DNA of 45,301 bases from Pachysolen tannophilus NRRL Y-2460 (taxonomy: Eukaryota), in NCBI GenBank assembly GCA_001661245.1, contig KV454013.1, positions 393,005 to 438,305 of the forward strand. The letters run 5' to 3'. The position numbers and the translations under genes were made by a program. How positions within the stretch are numbered: position 1 is the first letter of the stretch; each line of letters opens with the position of its first letter. Below, in pieces: positions 21,153 through 32,543 of the stretch. A model generated the notes under the pieces. That model did no database searches and was not told where the DNA came from. It saw only the letters and a program-made list of their open reading frames with translations.

Positions 21153-21718
21153 ATGATTCCATTTGAAGGTTTGATTCCTTATGGGTTCATGTTTGCAGTA
21201 TGTATTTTATGTATTTTTTTTTTAATGGATTGATATTTTTTTTTTATTTTTTTTATAATAAAACAGAAAGTTTTATAAACAATACTAACTAAATTTTTTA
21301 TATTAATTTTTAGTTTTTTGTACTTGGTGGTGCAACTATGAATTCAATGGTTATTTCAGAAATTTCTAGAAGACCAAATGCAAATTTTATTGGTGAAGGT
21401 GAAGATCCTAATGTTAAACATTATATCAAGAATCGTTATAATACAGATCAATGGGATAAATATTTTGCACTTAGAGATTTAAGATTAACTGGTTCTTTAA
21501 GAGGACAATCGGATAATGCAATTGCTGATGAACTGTTTAAAACAAATTCTATTCAACCTTATAATAATACAAAAAGACCATGGGTCTTGAGAAAACATAT
21601 AATTATGAAGAATTCTCCAACTAAATGGGCTAGAAAATATAGTAATAGAAGAGAAGTTGAATCTCAAGAATTGAAGGATCAATATATTAGAGATATGAAT
21701 GGTCAAACTGACGATTGA
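21153..21718 (+). CDS. NADH:ubiquinone oxidoreductase accessory subunit NIMM/MWFE (NDUFA1 family); exon1 21153-21197, intron 21198-21313, exon2 21314-21718; 149 aa
   Basis: Spliced N-terminus MIPFEGLIPYGFMFAFFVLGG and motif DQWDK...RDLRLTGSLRGQ, both typical of fungal NDUFA1. Intron GTATGT / TACTAAC (21283) / TAG is in frame. Confidence 0.88.
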
Positions 21719-22175
21719 GTAAAACAAATTGAACTCTTATTTATTCAACTTATTTATTTAACTTATTTATTTATTTATTTATTTATTTTTTTATTTATTT
21801 ACATAGATTAAGAATCTTAATTACAATCATATTAAAATTAAAAATTAGTAATTAAAGCTAAAAGAAAAAAAAAAATACGCATAATATTCAATTCTTGAAT
21901 TGGTTTCATATATCTAAATTTAATGAATGATTGAACAGATAGACAAAAAAAAAAAAAAATATAAGATGAATCACACATAAACACATTAATTAAAATAGAA
22001 ATTGAAATTCTAAAGTTTCAAAGCACATTTTCTAAAACCATGATGACAAAAAATAAAAAAAGATGTTCCGTATTTACAGAGAAACCAACAATTGATTCTT
22101 TTTGAAAAATAATAATGATAAAAATAATAATAAAAAAAAAAAAAATTGAAAAAAAATAATAATAATTTAAGCAAT

Positions 22176-25121
22176 TTAAATTCTCATACTTCTTCTCTTA
22201 AAGAAATCCATAACTTTCTTGGCAGCACTTACTTCTTTATTATTGGTAGTGGAGCTATTGCTACTAATCTTCTTATTTCCAGGAGCTGCAATTGACATCC
22301 TATTTTGTTTTTTAATATCAACTGTAGCATTATTACTAGTATTATTATTCTTAATAACATTATAATCGTTGCTTGGTTCTAATATTTTTCTAGATCCCGC
22401 TGAAGATGTTGAAGATTTTGATTTTGATGCATCGCTTATATTACGGTCTTTCGATGTAATGTTAGGGGTAACAATATTTGTAGAAGAATTAGAGGACGCA
22501 TAAAAAAATGAAAATCTCTTTGGTCTAGTAATTCCAAGTCCACCTGGTGGTTTAGCATTCTCCTTTTCATTGCTTAATTTTGAGCCTTTGGAAATTGTTT
22601 CAGATGCACCTGTAGATATTATATTATCATCACCACTTATATGTTTAGAAGCAGTTGAACCATTGTTATCTTGTCCTTCTAAATTTATTATATTATTAAC
22701 TTGTAGCCCTTGCTGCTGTAGTTTAATAGTTTCAATTTCTCCAATAACCATTTTTTCATCTTGTTTTTGTATATTGATATGTTTATTTTCAAAATCAATT
22801 TGTTGTTGCGTTTCCTGAACCAACTTTTCAGCACTATTTTTCCTTTCTTGACCATCTTTTAAAGGTTCTTTGACATCTGCAGAACTTAATGAAAATAAAT
22901 CAATAGTATTGGACAATGAATCTAAAGCAACTGATTTTCTTTTTTCAGTTTTATCAGTTGGGCTTAACATTCCATTTGCAATACTCATATCCACGTGTGG
23001 CTCACTGATCTTAGACCAAGAATTCCGTTTTTCCTTGGTAGATGAAGGAGAAGAAAGCATTATAGATTCCTGAGAAATTTTTGGAGTTGTTGTAGCTGTT
23101 ATCTGCGAACTATCTTCAGAGATATCATGCTGTCTTTTTATTGATGGGTTTGAAGTAACGGATCCATTTCTGTTTGGCATTCCATTTAAATTAAATGGCA
23201 GCAATGAAAATATATCATTAGAGGAACCTGGTGCTTTATAAGAACCTGGATGATAAGATGTTGGTCTTGGTTTAACGTGTGGTCCTGGTAATCTAGCAGA
23301 AGTATTGCTACGTGTACTGCTTGATGTCTTTGGTGGTGGAGGCATGACATTTGGTGATGCTGTTGGTTTTATAAGAGAAGAACTAATGCCATTACCATCT
23401 TGTTGAGTTTCACTAGGCGTTTCATCAATATTACTTAATGAAATAGCACTGTTATTAGTTGGACGACCACTATCATATATTGATGTAGGGCGAGGTGCTC
23501 CAAATGATTTGGCAAAAATATTTCCCCCTGAATAAGATGATAGGTTAAATTCACCATTAGTACTTCCCGATGATGACAAACTGTTTCTTCTTTCAACAAC
23601 ATCTGCTTGAACCACAGCTTGTAATGCAATAGATGCGGATGACATTTGAGCTGGTTTCGTATTATGATGATGATTTTTAGCATATATTGATGAAGGTGTT
23701 ACCGAATGTAAACTTTGTAAATCCATATTCAGAGTATTTGGAGTTGAACTTGTTAAATGTTGTTGAGATGATGATGATAAAGAATAAATTTCATGGGATG
23801 AAGCTGATGTTGGCATGACTACTGCATGAGATGATGATGTTTGTGGAGCCGCTGGGTTTGCATACAATTTATTTGAAACATTTTGGGTACTATACGATCT
23901 ACCATGATGTGGTTGCATAACAAAAGTACGTGTAGATGATGTTTGTGATGAAGATGATGTACCAGCTGTTGAAGGTCTTTCCATTAAAGAGTATCTTCTA
24001 TTTTCTGTACTTTCCATACCATGTTGATGATTATTAGTTGATCTCACTGAGCGGTAATTTCTATCCCATTCTACAGGTGTAACAGATAAAAATGGTGCAT
24101 GAGGTGATAACCATGAATGAGATCTAACTTCTTTTAATGAAATTCTCTTTTTAGGTTCTGAAACTATTATTTTTCTTAATAAATCTCTAGGCATTGGTTG
24201 AATATATTCTGGGAAAGTTAATGGAGTATGAGTAATATAATGGTATAATCTTGCAATATTATCACCATCTGGATTTTGTGGATCATCATCAAATGGTAAA
24301 TAACCTGATAACATAGCGTATAATATAACACCACATGACCAAACATCAACTTTTCTTGCTTCATAAGGTTCACTGCTAACTACCAACTCAGGAGCAGCAT
24401 AACATGGTGATCCACAACTAGTTTTCATCAATTCATCACCACTTCTAAAACTATTAACAAATCCAAAATCTGTTATAACAATATTTTTATGTTTATCTAA
24501 TAATAAATTTTCTAATTTTAAATCTCTATGAACAATACCTTTTGAATGCATATAATCTACTCCTGAAACCAATTGTGCAAATAATCTACATGCCATTGAA
24601 TCTTTTAAATATCTATGCTCAAGGATATAATCAAATAATTCTCCACCCGATGCGTATTCCAATACAATTCCAATATATTTATCATTTTGTAAAACTTCTT
24701 CTAATCTAACAATATTTGGATGTGCCAATCTTTTTAAAGCATTAATTTCTCTATGTACTTTACTTTCTCTTTCCGAACCTTTAGGGATTGATTCTCTTCT
24801 TATCAATTTAATAGCAGTTTGTGAAGGTTGTTTCCCATCTTTTCTCCAACCTAATTTCACTTTACCAAATTCTCCTTCACCTAATGTTGAACCTAAAACA
24901 TATGCACCAAATCGAACTTCCCTATGAACTCTTTTACTCTTTGATATAATTGAATTTCTTGAAGAAGTTGAATTGGTGTTGGCGGTGCTGGTAGTATTAG
25001 TAGTATTGGTGGTGGCTGTTGTCAAAGCCGAAGCTGCGGCGGATGCCGTAGCGGATGCTGCAGCAGATACTGAAGCCGTGGCCGTTGTCATTGGCGGCGG
25101 CGGCATCATTACTGAATTCAT
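22176..25121 (-). CDS. KIN4: Ser/Thr kinase Kin4/Frk1
   Basis: FGAYVLGSTLGEGEFGKVKLGW, MKTSCGSPCYAAPELV, YEARKVDVWSCG and C-terminal SAAKKVMDFFKRRSMRI. Adjacent to MGE1 and near RPL33, as in S. cerevisiae. Confidence 0.9.
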   Translation of the reverse strand: MNSVMMPPPPMTTATASVSAAASATASAAASALTTATTNTTNTTSTANTNSTSSRNSIISKSKRVHREVRFGAYVLGSTLGEGEFGKVKLGWRKDGKQPSQTAIKLIRRESIPKGSERESKVHREINALKRLAHPNIVRLEEVLQNDKYIGIVLEYASGGELFDYILEHRYLKDSMACRLFAQLVSGVDYMHSKGIVHRDLKLENLLLDKHKNIVITDFGFVNSFRSGDELMKTSCGSPCYAAPELVVSSEPYEARKVDVWSCGVILYAMLSGYLPFDDDPQNPDGDNIARLYHYITHTPLTFPEYIQPMPRDLLRKIIVSEPKKRISLKEVRSHSWLSPHAPFLSVTPVEWDRNYRSVRSTNNHQHGMESTENRRYSLMERPSTAGTSSSSQTSSTRTFVMQPHHGRSYSTQNVSNKLYANPAAPQTSSSHAVVMPTSASSHEIYSLSSSSQQHLTSSTPNTLNMDLQSLHSVTPSSIYAKNHHHNTKPAQMSSASIALQAVVQADVVERRNSLSSSGSTNGEFNLSSYSGGNIFAKSFGAPRPTSIYDSGRPTNNSAISLSNIDETPSETQQDGNGISSSLIKPTASPNVMPPPPKTSSSTRSNTSARLPGPHVKPRPTSYHPGSYKAPGSSNDIFSLLPFNLNGMPNRNGSVTSNPSIKRQHDISEDSSQITATTTPKISQESIMLSSPSSTKEKRNSWSKISEPHVDMSIANGMLSPTDKTEKRKSVALDSLSNTIDLFSLSSADVKEPLKDGQERKNSAEKLVQETQQQIDFENKHINIQKQDEKMVIGEIETIKLQQQGLQVNNIINLEGQDNNGSTASKHISGDDNIISTGASETISKGSKLSNEKENAKPPGGLGITRPKRFSFFYASSNSSTNIVTPNITSKDRNISDASKSKSSTSSAGSRKILEPSNDYNVIKNNNTSNNATVDIKKQNRMSIAAPGNKKISSNSSTTNNKEVSAAKKVMDFFKRRSMRI

Positions 25122-25516
25122 AATTTTTCAAATTTTTCAAATATCTTTATATTGTACAATGGGCGCTTATTTAATACCGTTTTCCTTACCAATTAAATAT
25201 ATGTATATACATACAGACACACACGTATATATATATACATATATATATTATAATTTATTATATTAAAATATGTTCTCGATCAATTTATGATTTTTATGAT
25301 TTTTTAGATCAGTCTTATTTGTTTCTTTTATATATGCATGTATATTTGGATTATACTTATCTAAAAATTGGCGTTTCAAATATAATGTCCACAACAATAT
25401 ATTTAAAAACAAAAAACCACAAATTAAGAACAATCCTAAATTATTTTTAAAAATAAATAAAATAAAGGAGTGACGTGCCAGTTTAAGCGCTGATTAAAGA
25501 AAACCTTTGATAAGAA

Positions 25517-25547
<31 letters not shown>

Positions 25548-25576
25548 AATAGCTCAGGGGATAATCAACTTTTAAG

Positions 25577-25607
<31 letters not shown>

Positions 25608-26286
25608 TTATATATATATACAAATATATATAAATAATTAAATATTAGTATGTATAAAAACAGGTATAAATTTTAAGTAAATAAAAAGGAAAAATGAAAA
25701 CACACTAAAAAAGAATGAGTGTGTGTGTTTGATTTCTCTTAATCCTTTTTGTTTTTCTGTTTTTGTTGTTGTTATTGTTTCGTAAAGACGTGTAAGGGAA
25801 AAATTGAAATAAGTTTGTTTACAAATCGCCGTAAACGGAAGGGGCGCAGTTGGAGGAGTGTCTGTGCACAGATCAAGCTTAAGAGCACAATTAAGTGGTG
25901 CGCAATCAAAATTTAAAAGCGATACATCTTAGAAGTACGCAAATGTTTACGCAAGAATATAAGTGCGCGCGCTTTGGGGGGTTTTTTTTTTTCAAAGCTC
26001 TTCTTTCTTTCTTTCTTCTGTGTGGGGAACAAAAAAACATACATTCTTTTTTTTTAAAAAATTTTCCTTTTTCCAGTATTGTTCAAACTATATATATATA
26101 TACAAGTAAGACGTTAAGATCGAAACAAAATCATAAAACTGGAAAGAAAAACTAGTGAAAATCAAAGATCATTAACAACGTGATACTATTCATAAGAAAA
26201 AAAAAAAAAAATAGAAAGATATTTATTTATTTTCAAGTTTAATTAATTTTCTTTTTCTTTTTTTCTTTTCTTTTCTTTGTAAATGC

Positions 26287-27045
26287 TTATTTATCATCTT
26301 TAACAATACCAACTTTAGCTGCTCTCAAGACTCTACCGTTCAACTCGTATCCCGGTTGCTGAACATGGAAAACAGTACCTGGTTCTTTATCAGGTTGTGG
26401 GACTTCAAAAGTAGCTTCATGCTTATTAGGATCAAATTTTTCACCAATGGCATCAATTTCTTTTAAACCATGTTTTTCTAAAGTTTTCTTGAAAATATCA
26501 CTTGTCATTTTAACTCCTTCATAAAGATTTTTAAACTCTTTATTAGAATCTAAAGTTTTCTCATCTACAGCGTTTAATGCATGACCAAAATTATCAATAG
26601 ATTCAATTAAATCTTTAGCAAATTTTTGTAATGCAAAATCTTTTGCCTTTTGAATTTCACGTTTAGTAGTTTCTTGTAAATTACGGAAATCTGCTAATGA
26701 CCTAATATATAAATCTTTTAATTCAGCATATTCTTTATCCTTATTTAAATATTTTTGTTCCAATTCTTGTAATTTTTGTTCAACTTCTGATGTAGCAGTA
26801 TTCCCTCCTTCAAGAGATTTCTCTTCAGCTTCAGCATTGGATTGATCTTTAGATTCTTCTACTTTAGATTTGTCCTTTCCATCTTCTTGATCATTCTTTG
26901 ATTGTTGCTCAGTGGCGTATAAACGAATAAATGCTGAATTTCTGAAAACAATCGGACTCGTTCTTAAAGTATTTAACCTATAACTAATTGGTACAGCTCT
27001 TTGGCGAGCTATGTTCCTAGTTAATCCAACAATTGATCTCTGCAT
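26287..27045 (-). CDS. MGE1: Mitochondrial GrpE nucleotide exchange factor
   Basis: Presequence plus RSLADFRNLQ, FALQKFAKDL, FDPNKHEATF and GRVLRAAKVG. Confidence 0.96.
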   Translation of the reverse strand: MQRSIVGLTRNIARQRAVPISYRLNTLRTSPIVFRNSAFIRLYATEQQSKNDQEDGKDKSKVEESKDQSNAEAEEKSLEGGNTATSEVEQKLQELEQKYLNKDKEYAELKDLYIRSLADFRNLQETTKREIQKAKDFALQKFAKDLIESIDNFGHALNAVDEKTLDSNKEFKNLYEGVKMTSDIFKKTLEKHGLKEIDAIGEKFDPNKHEATFEVPQPDKEPGTVFHVQQPGYELNGRVLRAAKVGIVKDDK

Positions 27046-27496
27046 CTTAAAATCAATTCAAATAGATTTCTCTTAATTATAAACAAAAATATATAAAAAT
27101 AATAATAATAGCAATTGTTATTATTGATTTAAATTTATGTTATTTTTTGTCGAAAATTTTTCAACTCAAAAACTTTTAATACAAATTTACACTATTTTTA
27201 ATACACTACTATAATAATAAATGATATTAATATAATATATATATATATATAAATATATATTATATTAATAAATATATTCTCTCTCTATACATGACTAACT
27301 AAAACTAACTGCAAAAGTAAAGTAAGTTCAAGTGGTTTCTTTTCTTTTTTTTTTTTTCAAAAAAAAAAATTTCCAAGCATTGTGTAGTATCCATTAATTC
27401 ACTTTTTTTTTTTCAATTGTAATGTATATACTATACTCATTCCCTTTTACCTTTTTTTTTATTTTTTTTTTTTTTTCATTATTTTAATTATTTTGA

Positions 27497-29002
27497 TCAT
27501 TGGTCAGTACTTTCCGTATTTTCGGTATTTTCCCAACACTGTTTGACAAACTTGTCCATTCTAATATGTTTTTTCATTTGACCTTTTATCCATGGATGAT
27601 CCAACATTTGCCTAGGACTTGGTCTCTCATTAGGATTTTTAATTAAACAATATTCCAAAAAACTTCTAAATGCAGGAGACCAAACAATTCCTTCTTCTTT
27701 TTCATCATCTAATTCTGGTGTAAATTCTAAAATCATTGATAATAATTCAATTGGCATTAATGGAATTGTTTTCTTATCTTCATCAGTGGTATGATAAGGG
27801 AATCGTCCTTGTGCAACTTCTAAAAGAGTTAATCCCAATGACCATACATCACTTGTAACAGTATATGGTTGACCTTTAATTCTTTCAGGTGCCATATAAT
27901 ATGAAGTTCCAGTAAATGTTGTTGCTAATGAATCAACAACTTCACCACTTACACCAAAATCACACAACTTCACACTACCATTATCATCAAGTAAAATATT
28001 TTGTGGTTTAATATCACGATGTATAATCTTGCGTTCATGTAAATATGATAATCCACGTAATACACTTTCAGCAATCTTACCTAAAACTTTTTCACCTATT
28101 CTACCATTTCTATTTTTAATGTTTTTATAAACCGCATCTAGCGATCTTCCACCCATATATTCCATTGCAATGAAAATAGTTGCACTTTCTTCACTCATAA
28201 AAGTTCCATAATATTTAACAATATAAGGTGAATTACAAGATCTATTAAAATTCAACTCTCTCAAGATTTGTCTTTGAAACTCTGGATTAGGGTTTGTAGT
28301 AATAGTTTTAAGTGCAAACACTGTTGATTTATTTCTTAATTTACATTTTAAAACACTGCCACCATTACCTTCCCCTAAAGAACCCAATTCTATTATATCA
28401 CCATTGTTGGCAACTCTCCTCCAATCTTCTTCATTCAATTCATTAACATCCTTATCCACTGTCAGTTTCTCATTTTCTTCTTGCTTCCCCATTTGTGATA
28501 TTCCTTGATTAGAATTTTGTTGAATCTTTGGTACAATTAACGTTGATGAACCCGCATCTGAATTGATATTCAAATCATTGAACATATTGCAAGTACTGGA
28601 TATAGCACTGCCATTATTTATTGATGAAAAGACCAGCTGCTCCGAAGTAAATGGACTTGTTGTTGTTGCTGCTGATGAGCTTGAAATTGGTGTACAAAAA
28701 GCCGATCCTGCACTGCTATTAGAAACATTTAACATCCCACTAGGTTGAGTTAAAAAATTCGAACCACTACTACCAACATCGCTACTACCAGTTTCTAATG
28801 ATAAAAGTGGCTTTTTATGTTCACTAATATTGGAAGAAACTTTATTATTATTACTCGTAATTGATGATGAAATTGAAGACGCAGGAGAAACAGAAGGGAG
28901 CTGCGGTATTGACAAAGATAAAAGCTTAAGTTTTGGGGATCTTGATCCATCACTCCTACTTGATACCGGCGGTCTTAATAAAGGAGGGGGAGGCTCTGAC
29001 AT
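27497..29002 (-). CDS. MKK1: Cell-wall-integrity MAPKK Mkk1/Mkk2
   Basis: STE7-family kinase: LGEGNGGSV, IAMEYMGGRSLD, GEKVLGKIAESVLRGLSYLH and SLATTFTGTSYYMAPERI. Confidence 0.9.
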   Translation of the reverse strand: MSEPPPPLLRPPVSSRSDGSRSPKLKLLSLSIPQLPSVSPASSISSSITSNNNKVSSNISEHKKPLLSLETGSSDVGSSGSNFLTQPSGMLNVSNSSAGSAFCTPISSSSAATTTSPFTSEQLVFSSINNGSAISSTCNMFNDLNINSDAGSSTLIVPKIQQNSNQGISQMGKQEENEKLTVDKDVNELNEEDWRRVANNGDIIELGSLGEGNGGSVLKCKLRNKSTVFALKTITTNPNPEFQRQILRELNFNRSCNSPYIVKYYGTFMSEESATIFIAMEYMGGRSLDAVYKNIKNRNGRIGEKVLGKIAESVLRGLSYLHERKIIHRDIKPQNILLDDNGSVKLCDFGVSGEVVDSLATTFTGTSYYMAPERIKGQPYTVTSDVWSLGLTLLEVAQGRFPYHTTDEDKKTIPLMPIELLSMILEFTPELDDEKEEGIVWSPAFRSFLEYCLIKNPNERPSPRQMLDHPWIKGQMKKHIRMDKFVKQCWENTENTESTDQ

Positions 29003-29494
29003 TATCTCTCAGATCTTAACCTCTAATATTTATATCGATTTCGATTTTTAAAATTTTTTTTGCAAACACTCTCTTTCTTCTACCTTAATTTTTTATTTTT
29101 TTTTATTTCCCTACTTAGCCTTCAAAAAATTGTTGAATCTCTTTTTTAAAACTTTCTATTTCATTCAATTCTTTTATGGAAATAATTATGCTTATTTCTC
29201 AGTCAAGTTATATTACTCCTGGATCCAATCACTGAAATCCAGAATTATAGCGATTGAATCTATTTTATATACATATATTCAAATAAATCACCAAACTATT
29301 CAATATTTTTTTTTTACATCTGATTATTTTAGCCAATTTGGAAATTTTCATTTACGAATAAAAACAAATAAAAAAATAAACAAAAAAGTAGTGTCAAAAA
29401 TGTACATATTTAAAGAGTATGAAGAGAATAGGTGTAGGACGACGAAGAAGAGAGTAGGACCATGAAACTGATAGCAAAGAGTAGTCTAATCGGT

Positions 29495-32340
29495 TTAGTT
29501 TTTCTTTGGTTTTGCTCTTGAGTTCTTCTTTGTTGTTGAGGTTGTCTTATTTCCAGCTGCAGTTTTGGATTTGGATTTAACAGCCTTAATCAATTTGTCC
29601 TTTTTGATGTCACCTTCGGAGTCATCATCATCTTCGTTCGTTTCATCTACAACATCGTCATCTTCTGCAATGACTTCATCTGTATCAGGCTTTGGTTCAC
29701 TGGATACTCCTCTTCCGGAGCCAACAGAGTTCCCAATTCTGAAAATGGCAACTGGATGGACCAAGGAATTATATTTTTTAGTGAACAGAGTCTTGATTTT
29801 AGTATCTGTTTTAAATGCGTTTTTACCAAATTGGAAGTCTTCCATTATAATTGGATAATCGTCCTTTGTCATGTAATAATCATCCATATATTTGATAACT
29901 TTATCAATGTCCTCGGTGTTAGACATTTTCAAATTTTGTTGCATTAATGGAATGTAATCGATAAATTCAGATTGTGGACTTGTAGTATTTAATGCAGATG
30001 AGTGATAATATAAATTTTGTAATTCTCTCAACATTTTCTGTTTCTTACTATTTTGACCTAAATAACTTGTGAAATTGATTCTAGCATTAAGTCCTGTCAC
30101 ATAAGAAGAGGGTAAAACTGAGGATAAGATACCAAAAAATGGTAATAAGGACCATTCTTGGCTAAATCTAATTTTTTGATTAACTAAATCTGATTCACTA
30201 ATACAATCTGCAGCTTTTGAAAGTGCTTCAAGATGAGAAATTTGACTATCCGTACTTCTAGAAGTATTTATATAGTTCTCATGAACAAATAATGGAGTAA
30301 AATCAATATCGTTGAAAAATAAATCACTTTTTTCATTCATAGAAAGGTGAGAATTCCCTAATAATCTCGAAGTTATTTCAAATGGTCTAATCGTTGTGGT
30401 CACTTTCTTATTTTGATTGATTTCCTTTGAGTTTGAAAATCCAATACTATTAGAATTTCTAGATAATGATGATAAGGTGTTAATAATCTGCCTTATATCA
30501 TTCTGTGAAACTTGAACTAACTCATTAATAATATTTGGATCTAACTTTATTTTCTCTCTTAAGCAAATCGTCATGAGTCGAGACTTCATTTCCTGTGCAC
30601 TTGGTCTTCTAAAGGGTAAATCATAAGTAACTCTATCAAAAGGTCTCATTTTTGGTAATGATTTGTCGTTACAAATTAAGATCATCGGAGTTGAAGTTGT
30701 TCTGCAAAAAGCTGATAATGCACCAACACCACCATGATCACCACTTGACATACCATCAACTTCATCCATAATAAGGACAAATTTTTTATGATTTGCTTCA
30801 CCTTCTTTATCTTTGTTAAAAAAACCAACTAATGAAGTATTATTCAATACTGATTTTATATTGCTATTTAATAACATCTTGCTTCTAACATCCGATGCAT
30901 TTTTTTCCAAAATATCGTAACCTAATGATTTTGCAACTATATGTGCTGCAGTTGTCTTACCAATTCCAGGTGGTCCATGAATTAAAACTGCCCTAAATAT
31001 TCCTGATCCATCGGGCCCTGGTTCTTTGAACCCCATTTTACGATAGTGTTCAAAATTTTCCAACCAACGCTGTAATTTTCCAACTTGACCTTTATTACCA
31101 CAAATTTGCAGAATATTTGTTGGTGCATACTTTACAGTCCATAATCTATCCGAATCAGGTCTATCAGAGATTTTGTCAGCAGTAATTGGTACATTATCTC
31201 CAGTAGACCTGGATTGACTATTTTTTTGCAAATGCTTCAGTTTTTCCTTTTTTTCCTTCTCTTTCAATTCTTCTTCCTCTATCATTCTTTGTGCATCTTC
31301 CAAAACCTTCAGTTCTTCTTCTTCTCTTTTCTTCTTTGCCTTTAGGGCCAGTTCTCCTTCACCACCATCTGCAGGCATAGATGAAATCAATTGAATGAAA
31401 CCATCTTCATCAATGGCCTTGATCTTAAATTTTCTAATTTTTTCAACTTTTGAGGGTCCGGCTTCGTTACCAAGAACAACTAATGAAGTACGAGAACTTA
31501 TTGATTTTGTAACTTTTGCACCATACTGCAGAGCTAATTGTTCCGCTTGAGGTCTATCTAATGTTGGCAATACACCGGTGAATACTACAGTTAAACCGTT
31601 AAGGCAATTCGGACGACCTTTTGGTATTTCACGAGAGCCAGAAGGTTGTGGCAAACTTTCTTGTTGTTTCTTGAAATCTCTAAATGACATTCCTGTCATA
31701 TCTTTTTTATCTGGTAATTGAGCATCTGCAATAGTTTTCAAAATTTCTTCAGCTGTAACTTGCTTATCAACTATTGGTTTATCAAATATTGCCGATTCTG
31801 ACTTTATCTCTTGTTTAGGTTTCTTAATTGGAGAAGTTCCATTGGGTTTTTCTTTCTTCGGACCAGAAATCAGTTGTTGTTTCTTTTCTGGACTCAAAGT
31901 CTTTACCTGTGACTGTGAAGTTTTTGGACTTTTAAATCTCAGTTCAATTTCATCAAAATCACCGTCATTAAACGCGTCATCATCATCTAGATTAATCACT
32001 TCTTTTGATTTCTTATCGTGATTTTTACCATTGACGTCTGCTTTTCCTTCTTTCTCCTTATTGAAATATTTCGATTCAGTCAGACTGGGCTCCAATTTTG
32101 TCTTCTTAACAGAAGGAGAATCTTGATCATCTTCTATAATTTGTACATCATCATGATTGTCTTGATCTTTCTTTGATCTCGCATGGGGTCTCTTTTTCTG
32201 CTTCTGCTGCTATCATATATTTATATTCATATATATATATATATATATACATTCCAAATTGTTAGTACTAATAACTTAAACATAATTTCCAATTCAAATA
32301 TACTCACACTATTCCCAAAGAACTCTCTGATATCTACCAT
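29495..32340 (-). CDS. RFC1: Replication factor C large subunit; exon1 32340-32308, intron 32307-32210, exon2 32209-29495; about 915 aa
   Basis: Exon1 encodes MVDIREFFGNS (PIP-like). Intron GTGAGT / TACTAAC (32267-32261) / TAG is in frame. BRCT region (CLNGLTVVFTG), Walker A GPPGIGKTT, MDEVDGMS. Confidence 0.94.
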
Positions 32341-32543
32341 TCTTGTTGAATTCTTCTTGTTTTGCGTTGCCTTTCTCTTTATTAATCTTTTAATATTATT
32401 GTATGGAAAAAAACGCACAATTTTTTGAATGTTTTTTTTTTTCTTCAAAATTTTGAACAGTGAATGAAAAACAGTAATAGTAAAGAACTATATAAAATTA
32501 TAATTAAAAATACCAATAGACTGAGTGGAGATCTTCTGCCAGT

